Source of the DNA: an uncultured bacterium
Lineage (GTDB): Bacteria > Patescibacteriota > Gracilibacteria > Absconditabacterales > Absconditicoccaceae
Length of the DNA stretch: 64,000 nt
Assembly (NCBI GenBank): GCA_963537415.1
Contig: CAUTDF010000002.1
Location: 12,460 to 76,459 of the forward strand
Direction of reading: 5' to 3'
A program made the translations under genes and the position numbers. Below, in pieces: positions 22,613-34,558 of the stretch (positions within the stretch are counted from its first letter, which is position 1; every line of letters starts with the position of its first letter). The notes under the pieces are model-generated. The model saw only the letters and a program-made list of their open reading frames with translations. It was not told the DNA's origin and ran no database searches.

Positions 22613-25600
22613 ATGTCAACTCAGGTAGAAACACTTAAACAGGAAATTTCCGGGTATTATCTTGAGGATTTCAAAAAAGAGCTTTGATGGTTTAAATCAA
22701 TAGCACTTTTACCTATTGAGAACAAAGTGAAGGATATTATTGTTGGGAAAACTGAGCTACCAAAGCACTTTGATGAGGCAAAGGAGTTTGGTTGGTGGAG
22801 ATATATTATTGATTTTGTAGCGCCTTCGACTGCAAAGGAGATTTTCGAATTTATGAAAGCAAAAAGAATAGAGATTGAAAAAAGAAATACTCAAGAGGAA
22901 CTTTCCAGACTTAAAGCTGAAATTCTCTGAGAAGCTCCTGTAGCTGATGGGACAGAAAATATAGATCAGAATTCTGATCTTTCTTGAACTTCACATTCTA
23001 CTTCACATTCCGCAGATCAACAGTCTTGAAATACTTCTTCAGGTGCCGGTCTAGAGGGGCAGACTAGTGGAAGCTCTCCTGAGAGTTCTACAAATACTTT
23101 AGGAAATTCTTGGCATAATATTGGGTATGGAGCTTCAACTTCTATGCTTGGAGTTGGGGGAATTGAGACTGTGGATAGGTTGATTAAGCAGGCTGAGGCT
23201 CGCAATCTGAATAATATTGATGCAGCAAAGATGAAATCAGGAATGCATAATCTTATTGAGAACTTGGAAAATCAGAAAAAAGCGTTGAGCTCTCGTTTGA
23301 GTAAAAGACAAATCAAAAATATTGATAAAACGATTCAAAAGATGAGTTCAGGATTCGAATCTTTGGATGATGAAGGACTCGCGGCATTCAAACAGTGGAA
23401 TAGTCTTAAAGGACAGATTCCAGATGAGTTATTGACTGCTGCTGGAATGCATCCTAGGCAATTTTCAAAGCTTGCTCCCTATGCAGATGAATTGATTGGA
23501 AAAACGCCTGCAGAGATCCGTGAGATTATGAAACTGAAAAAAGTTGATATGGAACTCAGCGATGATGTCCTGAAGCTTTTAGGATCGGCTAAGGATGCTC
23601 AGGAGTTTCAAGCGATGAGTAATGTCCTCTCAAAAGGTAAAAAACTCACGCAGTGGGCAAAAAGTTTGAAAGCTGCTATGATGATTGATGTGGCATTTCT
23701 TGGACTAGATGTGTGGACTTACCTTGAGACGATGGATGAAGCGGAATTGATCGCAAAGGTTAATCAAACAAGGGCAGAGAACAAGAAAAATCAGGCAACT
23801 TTTCAGCTTGCAGTTTGACTTTCTTCTTTTGCGATAGAGGCGATTATTATCTGTGGTGGAATTGGAGCCGTAGGTGGTGCTCCTGGAGTGGTCGTTTGAC
23901 TTGCGGTTTGAGTAGTGACTGCTGCTGTGAGTATTGGAGCTGATGCCTTGTATTTTGATACGCATGATTTTTATCTGCAGAATAGGGAGGATTTCTTGAG
24001 GCAGAGTAGAGCTGAGCTTAGGCAAGCAGTTTTGCAAGGTTTACATAGTCAAAAGTTTTGAAACCAGTCTTGGAATGAGAAAATTGGTGCTCCTGCAGAT
24101 AATATAAAATCTAAAAACCTGGATGAAGCCTTGTATTCGCTTCTTTTTATTGAAGAGATGAGAGATAGTACAGATGAGATGCTTCATTATTATATCGCTT
24201 CTAGGAAGTCTGAGTCAGATTTTTTGAAAGATTTATCACCAGAGCAGGCTGAGGCATTTACTACTTCTCTGAAAAAAATCAAGGAGAAAATTGCTGTTAG
24301 GACTAAATATTTAACTGAGCAGTTTAAAAAGCCGAATCTGATGAATAAGCTAAAAAGCTGAGTAGGTACCTCAGGTTTGATTGATCTGGTCGCAGAGTCT
24401 GCTGGATATTTGAAGATGTTTGAAGCAAAAAAATGGGATGAGAATCTTGATTATGCCAAGAATCTGGCACAGTTTAAATCAGAATTTTTTGCAGATTTTC
24501 CGAGAGAGAAAGTTAAAAAACTTGAGGATTTGAGCAAGAATAATTGTTTCCTTTTTGAGGAACTGATTTCGGTTGCTGATTTTGATTCTTTGATGGCTGA
24601 GGGAGATTCTCCTGAGTATAGTCAGAATTTACACCTTATCAAAAAATATAGGGAATGGCTCAGTCTTGAGCAGAGAAGTGAGGAAGTATCATATTTTTCT
24701 CCTCAGGATACTAATAGAAATATGGCTATGCTTGAAAAGTTGATTGAGAATGGCTTTGATGAGCAGAAATTACAGTTTGAAACTTTGAATAAGAATGAAT
24801 TAGTTGATATTGTTCAGTTTGCTAAAGAGAGGAATTCAGATTTAGAGTATTCTGATGATGTAAGTCAAAATGTAAAGTATCAACTAGCCAAGAGGCTTTA
24901 TGGCTATGAGGGAGCGAATTCAGCGGAGGAGTTGATGGCTTTCTTTTCGGAGGATAAGTGAGGAGTTCATGGTATTTACTATACTAGTGAGTGGAAGATC
25001 AATAGAGATTGGCTGATAGATCGTGCATTATCCCAGCAGCTTCCCAAGGAAATAAAATCAGCGGATGTGCCTGGATTGGTTGATCGTTTGATTAGTGCTA
25101 TTCGTGGCTCAAATATTGATACGAAGACTGAGGCGATTGATCCTTATTTACAACAAGAGTTTGAGAAAGTGCTCAGAGGGATTTTGACTGAGGAGCTTGC
25201 AGCTAGAACGCTAGAGGAGCAAACAAGGGTCAAAAACCAGATTTCTACTTTTGTTAAAAATCATGTCTCTAATGGAGAGTATTTAGAATTGCCATATTAT
25301 CTGATTATTGAGGCGAAAAGAGCTGGACTTGGTGATCTGCAGAGAAAGTTTTTCACTTGGGAAGGAGGAAAAATGAAGATTTGTTCGATGAGTTCAGAAA
25401 TATGAGGTTTGGATGCTTTTGCTGGAGTTGAGAAGCAATATCTAGTATCTGATAGAACAAAATATAGTCCTGAACAGCAGAAGTGTATTGATCGTGTTGA
25501 ACTGGCACATAAAAAGTTAGAGGACTTGAGGGGAGTCGACTGAAGCTTTGGCTTTGAGGATGATTTAGATTTGCCTAGGGAACTTGAGCTTATGATCAGT

Positions 25601-26659
25601 CAGAAATATAAAGATCGAGAGCAAGTTAAGGCAAATCTATTGGTGTATGCTCCGTGAACTGCGGCGTCTTTGACATTGAGGCAGTCAGAGGAATATGCTC
25701 AGTATTTTGAAAATTTATATAAAGGTTTACTTTTGAGAGTGAGTCAGTTTAAGTTGACTAATGATATTGATGATTTTGGAAGTTTTCAAGAAGCAGTTAG
25801 GCTTGGTCAACAGAATATTTTTGATAAAGATGGAAATCTGAATGTAGAAAAGGATTCTCCGTTAGATCAGCAACCAATTAAAGCGTATTATGCGAAGAAG
25901 TTAGAAAGTCTTAAACTTAAGGTCAATGGAGAAGAGAAGTTGCTTAAATCACTTTGGTCCTCTGATAAATCTGAGGAACGTAAGTTGGCTTTGCGCGCTT
26001 CAAATCTTGTGATTGAAAAGATTTTAGAGTGATGGATGCTGAGAAATATTTGAACTACGAAGATGAATATTACTAAAATGAATCTAAATCAGTGACTTTT
26101 CGCTCAAATTGATAGGCGTATTCAGGAGCAGATTTCTTCTCTTGAGATAGTTGCGTATATTGATGATACAAAAATTCCTGAATGTACCTATGAAATCAAA
26201 ACACTTTCTCAGCCTGAGAAAGCGGTTATTGGAGGACTTGGAGAGTTGCAAAATCAGATTGAAAATCAGAAAGATACTGTCGTTTGGCAGGGGAAAAGAT
26301 GAAATATCGAGTATCTACCAAAAAGTTCAGAGATTAAAAGTCGAGGTCATAAGGTAAAATTTGAACAAAAGGCTGATAAATTTATGCTGTCAGGTTTATC
26401 TTTGGAGCTTTCTTTAGATGAGATGCTTTGGCTGGCGAACTTTAGAAATCGATGTGTGTCGAAATATCATGGGCAAAAGGTAGGATTTAAGACGGATTTT
26501 ACAAGCTTAGAGATTTTGAAGTTTAGATTTCAGCCGACGCTCGTTATTGATGGTACAACACTCGTGAAGAGATCAGATTTGGAAGCAAAATGTTGAGCAC
26601 TAAAAGATGATGCAAAGATGCAGAAGTTGGCAGATTGGCTGACAAAAGAGCTTTCATAA
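22613..26659 (+). CDS. giant orphan membrane-associated protein B (1348 aa)
   Basis: Single frame joins track ORFs 22727, 23144, 24131, 24377, 25067, 25670 and 26384. All gaps hand-checked (TGA only). S/T/G-rich linker 22931-23143. Glycine zipper IICGGIGAVGGAPGVVVGLAVGVVTAAVSIGA at about 23819-23945. Confidence 0.75.
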
Positions 26660-26665
26660 TTTTAT

Positions 26666-27757
26666 ATGCTTATATTACAAAGAATGTGAACATTAGATCA
26701 TTTAGGGCAGTTTATTGATGCTGTGAGCTGAGAGGCTAGTTCTACTCAGGAAGAACTTGTTGAACTCAAAACTGACTTAGCAAAAGCTGTTGTTGAAAAG
26801 ATGAAGGAGAAAGATCCGCTTTCTATCGTTGGAATCGCAGATGATATGGTAGTTGATTATCTGGTTTCTGAGTGATTTTTTGATGCGATCAAGGATAATA
26901 TGATGGGGAAGGCGCTTGAGCTAAGTTCTTTACATGGGTTGCTATCAGAGATTAGGGAAAAACTAAAAAAAGTTGATACTAAGGAACAACTTGATCAGCT
27001 TAGAGCTGAGGTTTTGAGTAAAATAGATGAAAAATCTGAAGGAAGCCAAGATTCTGCTTGAGAGACTGAGGAGAATACTTCTCAAGATCAGAAAAATAAA
27101 GAAAATCAGAATTCTTCAGCTTCTTCCACTACTGGGGGAGTTTCTCCACAGGAACATAAGGTGCAATCTCTAGATTCTCATCATGAGATCAAGAATCGAC
27201 CGAGTGAGCAGATTCCATACATTGAGGCGACAATCAAGTTTGCAGAGGGGCAAATTGGAAAGCCATATCAATGGTGAGCTACAGGTCCAAGTGGATTTGA
27301 TTGTTCAGGACTTTGGAATTGGGCGTTTCAGGAGCAGGGGATTAAGTTTGATTCTCGTTTTACGGCAGCGGCTTTTGAAGCCAGTGATGTTAATATTCCA
27401 AAAGAAGAAGTCAGAGTTTGAGATTTTATGTATTGGGATGAACAGCCAGGTAAGAAGAGACATAATCCAATCTATCATATTGAGATGGTCGTTGGACAGC
27501 CGTATCAGGAGAATGGGAAATGGTATGTGAAAACAATCGGCTCTTCAACTGATAAGTGAGTTTTAGATCTCAATGGACAAAAGACTGCTAAGAGTTGAGT
27601 TTGATATAGAGTGAGAGAGATTACTGGATATCGTCATTTTGGGCGTCCACCGTATTATCTGCAGTTGGCTAAGCATCAGGCTTCTGGTGATAGGCAGCAG
27701 CTTGTTGCTTCAGCAGGTAGAGTTTCTCCAGATACAAAGAAGGAACTGGTGGCTTAA
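26666..27757 (+). CDS. NlpC/P60-family cell-wall hydrolase with a helical/disordered N-terminal domain and no signal peptide
   Basis: GKPYQW-G-ATGPSGFDCSGLWNWAF (TGA at 27275-27277), GDFMYW, IYHIEMVVG. 363 aa, whole frame hand-checked. Starts 6 nt after the protein B stop. Confidence 0.85.
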
Positions 27758-27772
27758 TTTTATTTTATATAA

Positions 27773-27806
27773 AAAAAGAAAAGAGAAATCTGATTTCTCT
27801 TTTTTA
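27773..27806. terminator. bidirectional terminator closing the giant-protein operon and miaA
   Basis: A-run, AGAGAAAT ctg ATTTCTCT (27782-27800), T5. Confidence 0.65.
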
Positions 27807-28757
27807 TAATTCCCAAACTTTGTATTGAACTCAAGCTTTTGGTGTTTGAATTCCCTCAGCAATATATCTTCTAAACCGAGTCCTTTGTTTTTTTGCCAGA
27901 TGATGCGTGTTCCTTTTTAGGAGTTCCTCCATCTTTTCGCGTCCGTAGTCTCAGTTGAGGTAGTTTACTACTTCTTTGTATCAGATTCCTTGCATAGATT
28001 GAAGGTTTGGACTATAGCCTTCTTTGAGTAAGCCTTCTACCTCTTCGATGAGTCCATCCTTGAACATTTGTTTGATTCTTTGATTGATGAGTTGGTTTGT
28101 GGATTCTTTGTCTCTTCGGAGTCCTAGCATAAGGAGCGGATGTGAAACTGGTTGCTGAATATATCCTTCAGTTTTTGTTTTTCCTGTGAGATAAAAGATT
28201 TCTAGAGCTCTAATGAGGTATCTGGTAGAATTTGGATGTAATTTTTGAGCTTCTTCTGGATCGATGGCTTTAAGTTGTTCGTGGAGAAAACCAGGTTTTT
28301 CAGCTTCTTTTTTTTCTAAGTCTGCTCTGAGAGTATAGTCAGGAGCACATTCAGGCATAGAGAAATTTTTATAAATTGTGTCGATATAGAGTCAGGTTCC
28401 TCCTACGATAAATGGGGTCTTTCCTTTTGCTAAAATTTGATTGAGGAGCTGATCTGTTGTTTCTTTTCGTTCTCATGCAGTATAAGTTTCGTCTGGATTT
28501 ACAATATCTATCTGATGATGGGGAAGTTTTTCTCTAATTTCTTTGCTGATTTTATCAGTTCAGATGTCCATTTTTCTGAAGATTTGTCTACTGTCGCTTG
28601 AGATCACCTCAATATCAAAAAAATCTGATAATAAAACAGAAAGCTTGGTCTTCCCTGTTGCAGTTGCTCACCAGATAATGACCGTTCCGTCAGGATTTTG
28701 ATCTTTGAAATCGCTGATTGTGGTTTTTGCCTCAGCGAGGATTGTAGAGATATCCAT
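27804..28757 (-). CDS. miaA: tRNA dimethylallyltransferase
   Basis: P-loop IIW-G-ATATGKT (TGA at 28668-28670), VGGTGLY, AKKQRTRFRR. 317 aa. Confidence 0.9.
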
Positions 28758-28965
28758 TATAGTTTCGCTTGGTTAAAGTTTTTTATGATAATAAGGAAAG
28801 GGTATTTGGTTTCAATTGAAAATGAGAATTATTCTGCTATGCTTAAAATCTATTGTTACAAATAGGCTCCTTTTATATGAATTTGATTTTTTTAGATATT
28901 TATCATGAGAGAGAAAACAAAAAATCTGACTTTTGTAGTCAGTTTTTTCTTTTATTCAAAATATT

Positions 28966-29036
28966 CAAGAGCAGTAGGAATCGAACCTACACCTCCAACT
29001 TCGGAGATTGGCGTGCTACCACTGCACTATGCTCTT
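28966..29036 (-). tRNA. tRNA-Arg(CCG)
   Basis: 71-nt cloverleaf: acceptor AAGAGCA/TGCTCTT, D stem GTGC/GCAC, anticodon stem CCAAT/GTTGG, loop CTCCGAA, T arm GTAGG-TTCGATT-CCTAC. Own promoter (29049-29076) and terminator. Confidence 0.8.
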
Positions 29037-29048
29037 TTGCAGAGTGAA

Positions 29049-29076
29049 ATATTAGTCAATCAGTCTGAAAATGCAA
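29049..29076 (-). promoter_or_regulatory. promoter of tRNA-Arg(CCG)
   Basis: TTGCAT (29071-29076)-N16-TAATAT (29049-29054) on the minus strand. The -10 ends 12 nt before the tRNA 5' end. Confidence 0.55.
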
Positions 29077-29104
29077 GGATATCTAGAGTCCTCTTGTTCA
29101 ACCA

Positions 29105-29347
29105 TTATTTTTTACTCTTCTGTTTTGCCCAAAGTATGGTACTTTGTGCGGCATTTTTTGCCTGTGGACTATTTTTATAGCAGGAACTTCATGTTATTTC
29201 TGCTCAGCGGGTAACTATTTGTTCCGTAGAGGTATTTTTAAGTTTTTCCACTGATCAGAAGCCCATTTCTTCTAAACGATCTATGAAAGTGTTACCGATT
29301 CACTTGATAGCAAGGAGCTTTTCTCTTTCTTCCTTTGTGAATGCCAT
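29105..29347 (-). CDS. small helix-hairpin-helix protein
   Basis: 80 aa. LLAIK-G-IGNTFIDRLEEMGF-G-SVEKL looks like an HhH motif with GIG and G encoded by TGA. Last gene of the murE-comF string. Confidence 0.45.
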
Positions 29348-29412
29348 GCTTATCTCTCAAACAGTGATAAAATAAAGATGCTTTGAAAAATAATTAGATG
29401 CGTTGAATAAAG

Positions 29413-30117
29413 TTATCAGGTATGCCTTGCGAGAACGCCTCATCGAATCTTGAGATCAGGTCTATTTGATTTAATACAAGTTGCGACCTCTTTGAGTGTG
29501 GATGCGGTAGTCGTGACATCATCAACTAGGAGGATGTGGGAGCTTATCGGTATTTTTTCAAGGTGTAATGGAGAGAAGGCTGAATTCAGATTTTTTTGTC
29601 TTTGTGATCTAGAAAGTTTGAGTTGAGATGCAGTGTATTTGCCCTTTTTTGCAAGTTGCAAAACTGGGATATTAAGCTCTTTAGCGAGATGCTTTGCTAA
29701 AAGTTCAGATTGATTGTATCCTTTCTCAAAGTAGTGTCTCCATCGATGTGAAGGGATAAAAGAGATGATGAGATTTCCCTGGTTTAATGCTTCACTTAGA
29801 GTTTGGTGTGTCTGAGTCAAAAGGCTGAGTCTCTGAGCCAAGAAAGGTCCAATATCTTTTTTATGATAAAATTTGAGCTTAAGGATTAGTTTTTTGATGA
29901 GTGTTTGATAGGAGAAACAGATAAGTACTCATTCAAGAGCAGTTTCTCAGTTGGATTTGCAGAGTTGGCAGGTCTTGAAATCTTTTTGAGGGCTATGGCA
30001 GAAAGGACATAGTTCTGGGTGGGGAGTGAGTTTCTTTTTGCACTCAAAACAGAGATAGGATCCCTGTTTACCGCAACCAAGGCATTCACGCGGGAAAATC
30101 AGATCAATCAGCGACAT
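29413..30117 (-). CDS. comF: ComF-family phosphoribosyltransferase (competence protein F-like)
   Basis: N-terminal double CxxC zinc ribbon (CLGCG...CFEC...CPFC...CQLC), PRTase motif ILLVDDVTTTASTL. 234 aa. Confidence 0.8.
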
Positions 30118-30142
30118 TATTCAGTTTTGGACTCTTTAAAAA

Positions 30143-30703
30143 TTAGAGAGTTGGCTCGTCTTTTGAGATAGTAAGTTTGATATTGATATGAGAAGAACAG
30201 ATGATTACTAGCAGTCCAACGACACAACAAAAAAGTGGCAAATACTGTGTGTAAGTCAGAATTTCTGGGTTCATAAAGAGCCATTCATAAATGCCTCCTT
30301 TAAAATAGCTTAGGGTGAAAAAAAGATAAGAAATCAGACTTCCAATGCAGAGTGGTAGCCAAACTAAAGCTTGTAATTTTCAACTAATCATTGAGAATGA
30401 GATTTGCAAATGTGAGTTTTGTGCAAAGAACCATAATAAAAGACCGGAAAGTACGAGAATGATTGTTGGTTGTGCATTGATGAGAAAATTTGCGTATGCT
30501 CCGTAGCGGATTCCTAAAAATATTAGTTCTGGATTGGTATTAAGTGTTCAGGAATACGTGATCAGCATTGTTCCTAGTGCAAGCGAAATTGCAAGCATAA
30601 CATAGCTCGCAAACGTGATTTTGATCAGTTTTTCTGCTGATAGAAGTCCTAAGAGAATAATTGCTATCAGAATGACAACCAAATATAGCAAAGGAATTGG
30701 CAT
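30143..30703 (-). CDS. polytopic membrane protein, unknown function
   Basis: 186 aa, about 5 hydrophobic helices (MPIPLLYLVVILIAIILLGLL...). Sits between murE and comF on the same strand. Confidence 0.55.
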
Positions 30704-30734
30704 CTTTGTAAAAAAGATAAAAAGTCAGATTTTT

Positions 30735-32057
30735 TTATTGGTTTGTATTTTGTGCAAAAGATTTGACTACAACTTGGTCACTTCGTTCTCTTTTCCCAAA
30801 ATTTGTGAGTTGGATTTTTTCGTGTCCTTTCCCAGCGATCAAGACGATATCTCATGGTTTTGCCAGATCTCTAGCGAGTTTAATAGCATAGAGTCTTTCT
30901 GGAATGATAAAGAGTTCTTTCCCTTGTGAAAAGAGTTTTGTCTGGATTTGACTTGTGAGCTGATCGAGGATCTCAAGTCTATTTTCGCTACTTGGATCAT
31001 CATCAGTTGCGATCAGGATATCCGAATATTGGCCTGCGATTTCTCACATGATCGGTCTTTTTGCTTTGTCTCTATTTCCTGGAGCACCAAAAACAGTAAT
31101 CAGCTTTCAGTCTCCTTTTTGGTTATGAAGAAATGTAAGTGTTTTTTCCAGTCCATCAGGTGTGTGTGCAAAATCAACAAAATACTGAACCCCATTGATC
31201 GTAAAGTTTTGCATTCTTCATTCAATACCTTCAAACCTTTCTACTGAAGCGAGGATACTCTCCATACTTAGTCAGATCTGAATACCAACTGATATTGCAG
31301 CAAGGATATTGCTGATATTGTAGGTTCAGAGTAATTTTGTAGAGCTACGATAAAGTTTTCCTAGGTATGAAAAAGTGAATTCGGTATGATCTATGTACTC
31401 GATGATTTGAGTAGCTTTGAGGATAGCAGATGCTTGGAGGGCATAATTGATCTTTTTATCAAAAGGCATTTCTTCAAACCATTTTCTTCCATAACTGTCA
31501 TCGCTTGGGAAAATTCAGAATTTATTCTGTTTTTTATTGTTGAGCACTCATTTGAAAAGTTTTTTTTTGCTCTCAGCGTAGTTTTCCATAGTCCCATGAT
31601 AGTCGAGATGATCGTGGGTAATATTCGTTAATACTGCTACATCAAAATCTACCCCTTCAAATCTGTGTTGATCGAGACCTTGAGAACTGGCTTCTAGGAT
31701 TGCTATTTTGCAGCCATTATTTTTTGCAGTAGAGAGAAGCGCTTGAAGGTCAAAAGCATCTAGAGAGGTCATTTTTTTGAGGTTATTGAGATTTTTATTT
31801 CAGATTTTTATATTTGCTGTGCTTACTGCGACAGCGGGTGCAAGGTTATCATTGAGAATTTGGTGAATGAGATTTACTGTGGTTGTTTTTCCGTTTGTTC
31901 AGGTTACACCGATAAGAAAAAATCCCTCAGCTGGGTTTCCGTAGAGGCTACGAGCGACTGATGCCTGAGTCTTTTTAAAAAAGTGGTAAAAGGCTGAATT
32001 TTGTAAAAGTGGGTAGAGTTTGTCATAAGCGATGAGTTTTTTTAGGAGGGCTTTCAT
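30735..32057 (-). CDS. murE: Mur ligase, MurE-like (UDP-MurNAc-tripeptide synthetase)
   Basis: GVT-G-TNGKTT (TGA at 31899-31901), LEASSQGL, TNITHDHLDYHGTMENY, IAGKGHE. 440 aa. Confidence 0.85.
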
Positions 32058-32216
32058 TTTTTTGAAAATGAGAGATAAATTTTCAGAAAAACTATAGTGA
32101 ATTTATGCATATTTACAAGGGAAATCGTAATATTGGATTTTTATTGCTTGGTGGATATTCTCGATAATGTGAAAATTTTTATTTGCTAAGTAGGCAAATA
32201 AATTCTTTTTTGTTTT

Positions 32217-32244
32217 TTGACAAATTAAAAAAACTGAGTATACT
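32217..32244 (+). promoter_or_regulatory. promoter of the 32279-33607 small-gene string
   Basis: TTGACA (32217-32222)-N16-TATACT (32239-32244). Confidence 0.55.
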
Positions 32245-32278
32245 TAGTAAAAACCTTTATTTTACTTCTTGGTATTCT

Positions 32279-32557
32279 ATGACAAAAAAGGAATTTATGC
32301 TTCAAGTGATTGCTTTTCTTCCTGATTGGAAGATGGGATGGGGACTTAAGCCTCTTATTGAAAATAATCAGCTAGAGCCTGATGTTTTTGAGAAATTGTA
32401 TCAGATTTTTAGGGAAAATGTCCATTCGACCTATTCTCAATACGAGAAACTTCAATTTAAGGAGAGACTTTTGAATTCTGAGGCTTTGAAACTTCAGGAA
32501 AGAGCTCAAAATGAATCAGATCAGGTTGATTTAGAAGCAATGTTTGAAACATTGTAG
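32279..32557 (+). CDS. hypothetical small protein
   Basis: 92 aa from ATG 32279, downstream of promoter TTGACA-N16-TATACT (32217-32244). No motif. Confidence 0.45.
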   Translation: MTKKEFMLQVIAFLPDWKMGWGLKPLIENNQLEPDVFEKLYQIFRENVHSTYSQYEKLQFKERLLNSEALKLQERAQNESDQVDLEAMFETL

Positions 32558-32578
32558 TTTTTAGTTCCTAACAAGAAA

Positions 32579-33100
32579 ATGCAAATGAGTGAAGAAAAGC
32601 AGACAATCCTTGGAGGAACTCAGCCTTCAAATATGAACTTAGATCAAGGGATCTTGGATCTGATCCAAAATTCTAAGTCTGGAAGCGGATTAGAGGGGCT
32701 TTTGGATTTTGAATCTAAGTTGACAAAAAATGAGAAAAAACTCAGTCCATCAGAGATAAAGGCTCTTTTGGAAAGGACAAAAAAAGATATTCAAAATCCA
32801 GATTTTTTGTCTTTTGAAAGTGGAAAAAAAGATGATAAGGATTTTGGTTTTGAGGGACTTGGTGTAGACGTGATCCCGACTTTAACTCCGAATGGAGACT
32901 GTATTATCCCAGTGAATTTCTGGTATGATGGGCAGAGGAGAACGATTCTGCTTGTTCTCAATGTGCAGTCTGATGGAGAGGCGAATATTTATGAACTCCC
33001 AGAGTGAGATAATCATTATAAGCTTGCGATCAATAATATTGAATTTACCTACCAATTGATCCAAGAAAATAAAACTTTTAAGATGCATTATGATCATTAA
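32579..33100 (+). CDS. hypothetical protein
   Basis: 173 aa (the track ORF extended through TGA 33005 to TAA 33098). No motif. Confidence 0.5.
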
Positions 33101-33127
33101 TATTTTATTTGCTGATATAAAAAGAAG

Positions 33128-33607
33128 ATGAGTGGAGAAAATCCAGATATGAAAACAGATATATATAAGTATCCAAACGAGACTGTTAACCATTATGAGC
33201 AACCAGTTGGTAAGAATGAAGAAAATGCGCTTCGCACTCTTGGTAGGCTCTTCCATTGGAAAGAGTATAAGGATGCTAATACCTTTGTTTCAAATGTTAT
33301 AGATGGTCCGAAAACTTTGGGAGGAACTATTTCTCAGGAAATTATGGATTTGAGAGAGCAATTTGTGAGTCTCAAAAAAGAAGTAGAAACTCTTAAATGA
33401 AATCTCTCAATTAACTTGGAAAATAAAATTTTGGATACTCCAACTATTGCTAGTGTTCTTCAAAAAAATTGATATATAAATTATGATCCATCTGCTCAAT
33501 GAAAGATGTTTAATACTCAAAGTAAGGAGCTAACACCTGAAGCTTCAGATAAATCAATTGAATGAAAGAATCCTCTTCCAGCATGAGGAGCTACTAAGAT
33601 AGCTTAA
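33128..33607 (+). CDS. hypothetical protein
   Basis: 159 aa (the track ORF extended through 5 TGA to TAA 33605, hand-checked). No motif. Confidence 0.5.
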
Positions 33608-33681
33608 TTAAAAATCTGGCTTGCATTTTTTTGACTGATCTTTAGTATGAGTCGCTAGAATTTTTATATTGATATTGTACT

Positions 33682-34326
33682 ATGAGAGATCTTATTTTGG
33701 CGGGAATTCAGTGAAGTGGAAAGGGGACACAAGCTCAGCTTTTGCTTGAAGAATTTTGAAATCAGATTCAGTACTTTGAGACAGGGAATATTCTAAGAGC
33801 ACTGATGAGCAATGAAAATGCTATTGGTCAGTATCTAAAAGAGCTTGTGAATGCAGGACGTTTGGTAAAAGATGAGGTTGTAGTCTGACTTTTTAAGGTT
33901 TTTTTGGAGACCTTGGATAATAAGTCTGTTTTATGAGATGGAAGTCTGAGGAGGGTAGGTCAGACAAAGGGAATCCTTGACGCTCTGCTAGAAAAAGGCA
34001 GAAAGCCGATTGTTGTTCAGCTTGAAATCCCTGAAGAGGAAGTATATAAAAGGCTCTCTCATCGTAAAATGTGTAAAAACTGCGGGAAAATTCACTCAAC
34101 GCTCTTAAGTCCAGAAATTCAACAGTGTCAGAAATGCTGATGAGAACTCTATGTTCGTGCTGATGACGCAGATAGTACTGCCGTTGAGACGAGAATCTCT
34201 GAGTATAAGAAAGAAACTATCCCAGCTTTGGATTATGTGAACGAGCTTTGATTGCTTGTAAAGATTGATGGGATGCAGAGTATAGAAGCTATCTATGCAC
34301 AAATTAAGGAATTAATTTTGAATTAA
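33682..34326 (+). CDS. adk: adenylate kinase (zinc-lid type)
   Basis: GIQ-G-SGKGTQ P-loop (TGA), CKNCG...CQKC-G lid. 214 aa. Confidence 0.9.
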
Positions 34327-34394
34327 CAAAACTCTCTGGAAAGAAAAACTTCCAGAGAGTTGAATAATTTAAAAAACATATACGAAAAAACTGT
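34325..34394 (-). ncRNA. candidate sRNA unit 1 (orphan promoter-to-terminator unit)
   Basis: Minus-strand TTGACT (34423-34428)-N16-TATACT (34401-34406), then about 70 nt ending in a perfect 12-bp hairpin AACTCTCTGGAA/TTCCAGAGAGTT (34330-34361) plus U-run. Lies in the adk/dprA convergent spacer. Confidence 0.35.
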
Positions 34395-34481
34395 ACTTGC
34401 AGTATATGGTTTCTTTAGAAAAAGTCAAGATAAACATAGAAATGAAATATCTACAACGCAATCTGAGTATCGATCTTAAAT

Positions 34482-34558
34482 CAAAAAACTCTCTAGGAGA
34501 ATACTCCGAGAGAGTTAGATAATCAATTCTAAAATTTAATAATTATGAGAAATATCGT
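34482..34558 (-). ncRNA. candidate sRNA unit 2
   Basis: Minus-strand TTGACA (34587-34592)-N16-TATACT (34565-34570), then about 77 nt ending in hairpin AACTCTCTAGGAG/CTCCGAGAGAGTT (34487-34516) plus T6. The hairpin is related to unit 1. Confidence 0.4.

Noticed and set aside
27183-27530. Track ORF of 115 aa in another frame over the NlpC/P60 gene.
   Set aside because: The conserved hydrolase motifs lie in the other frame (frame of 26666) once TGA is read through. The listed ORF is Arg/Ser-rich noise.
19408-27757. The giant helical proteins with glycine-rich hydrophobic segments plus a P60 hydrolase could be a prophage tape-measure and endolysin region or a conjugative element.
   Set aside because: No capsid, portal, terminase, integrase, VirB4/VirD4-type ATPase or relaxase genes are present. 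The flanks are the core genes mraY and miaA, and the genes use TGA-Gly like native genes. The idea is kept only as something a profile search could revive.
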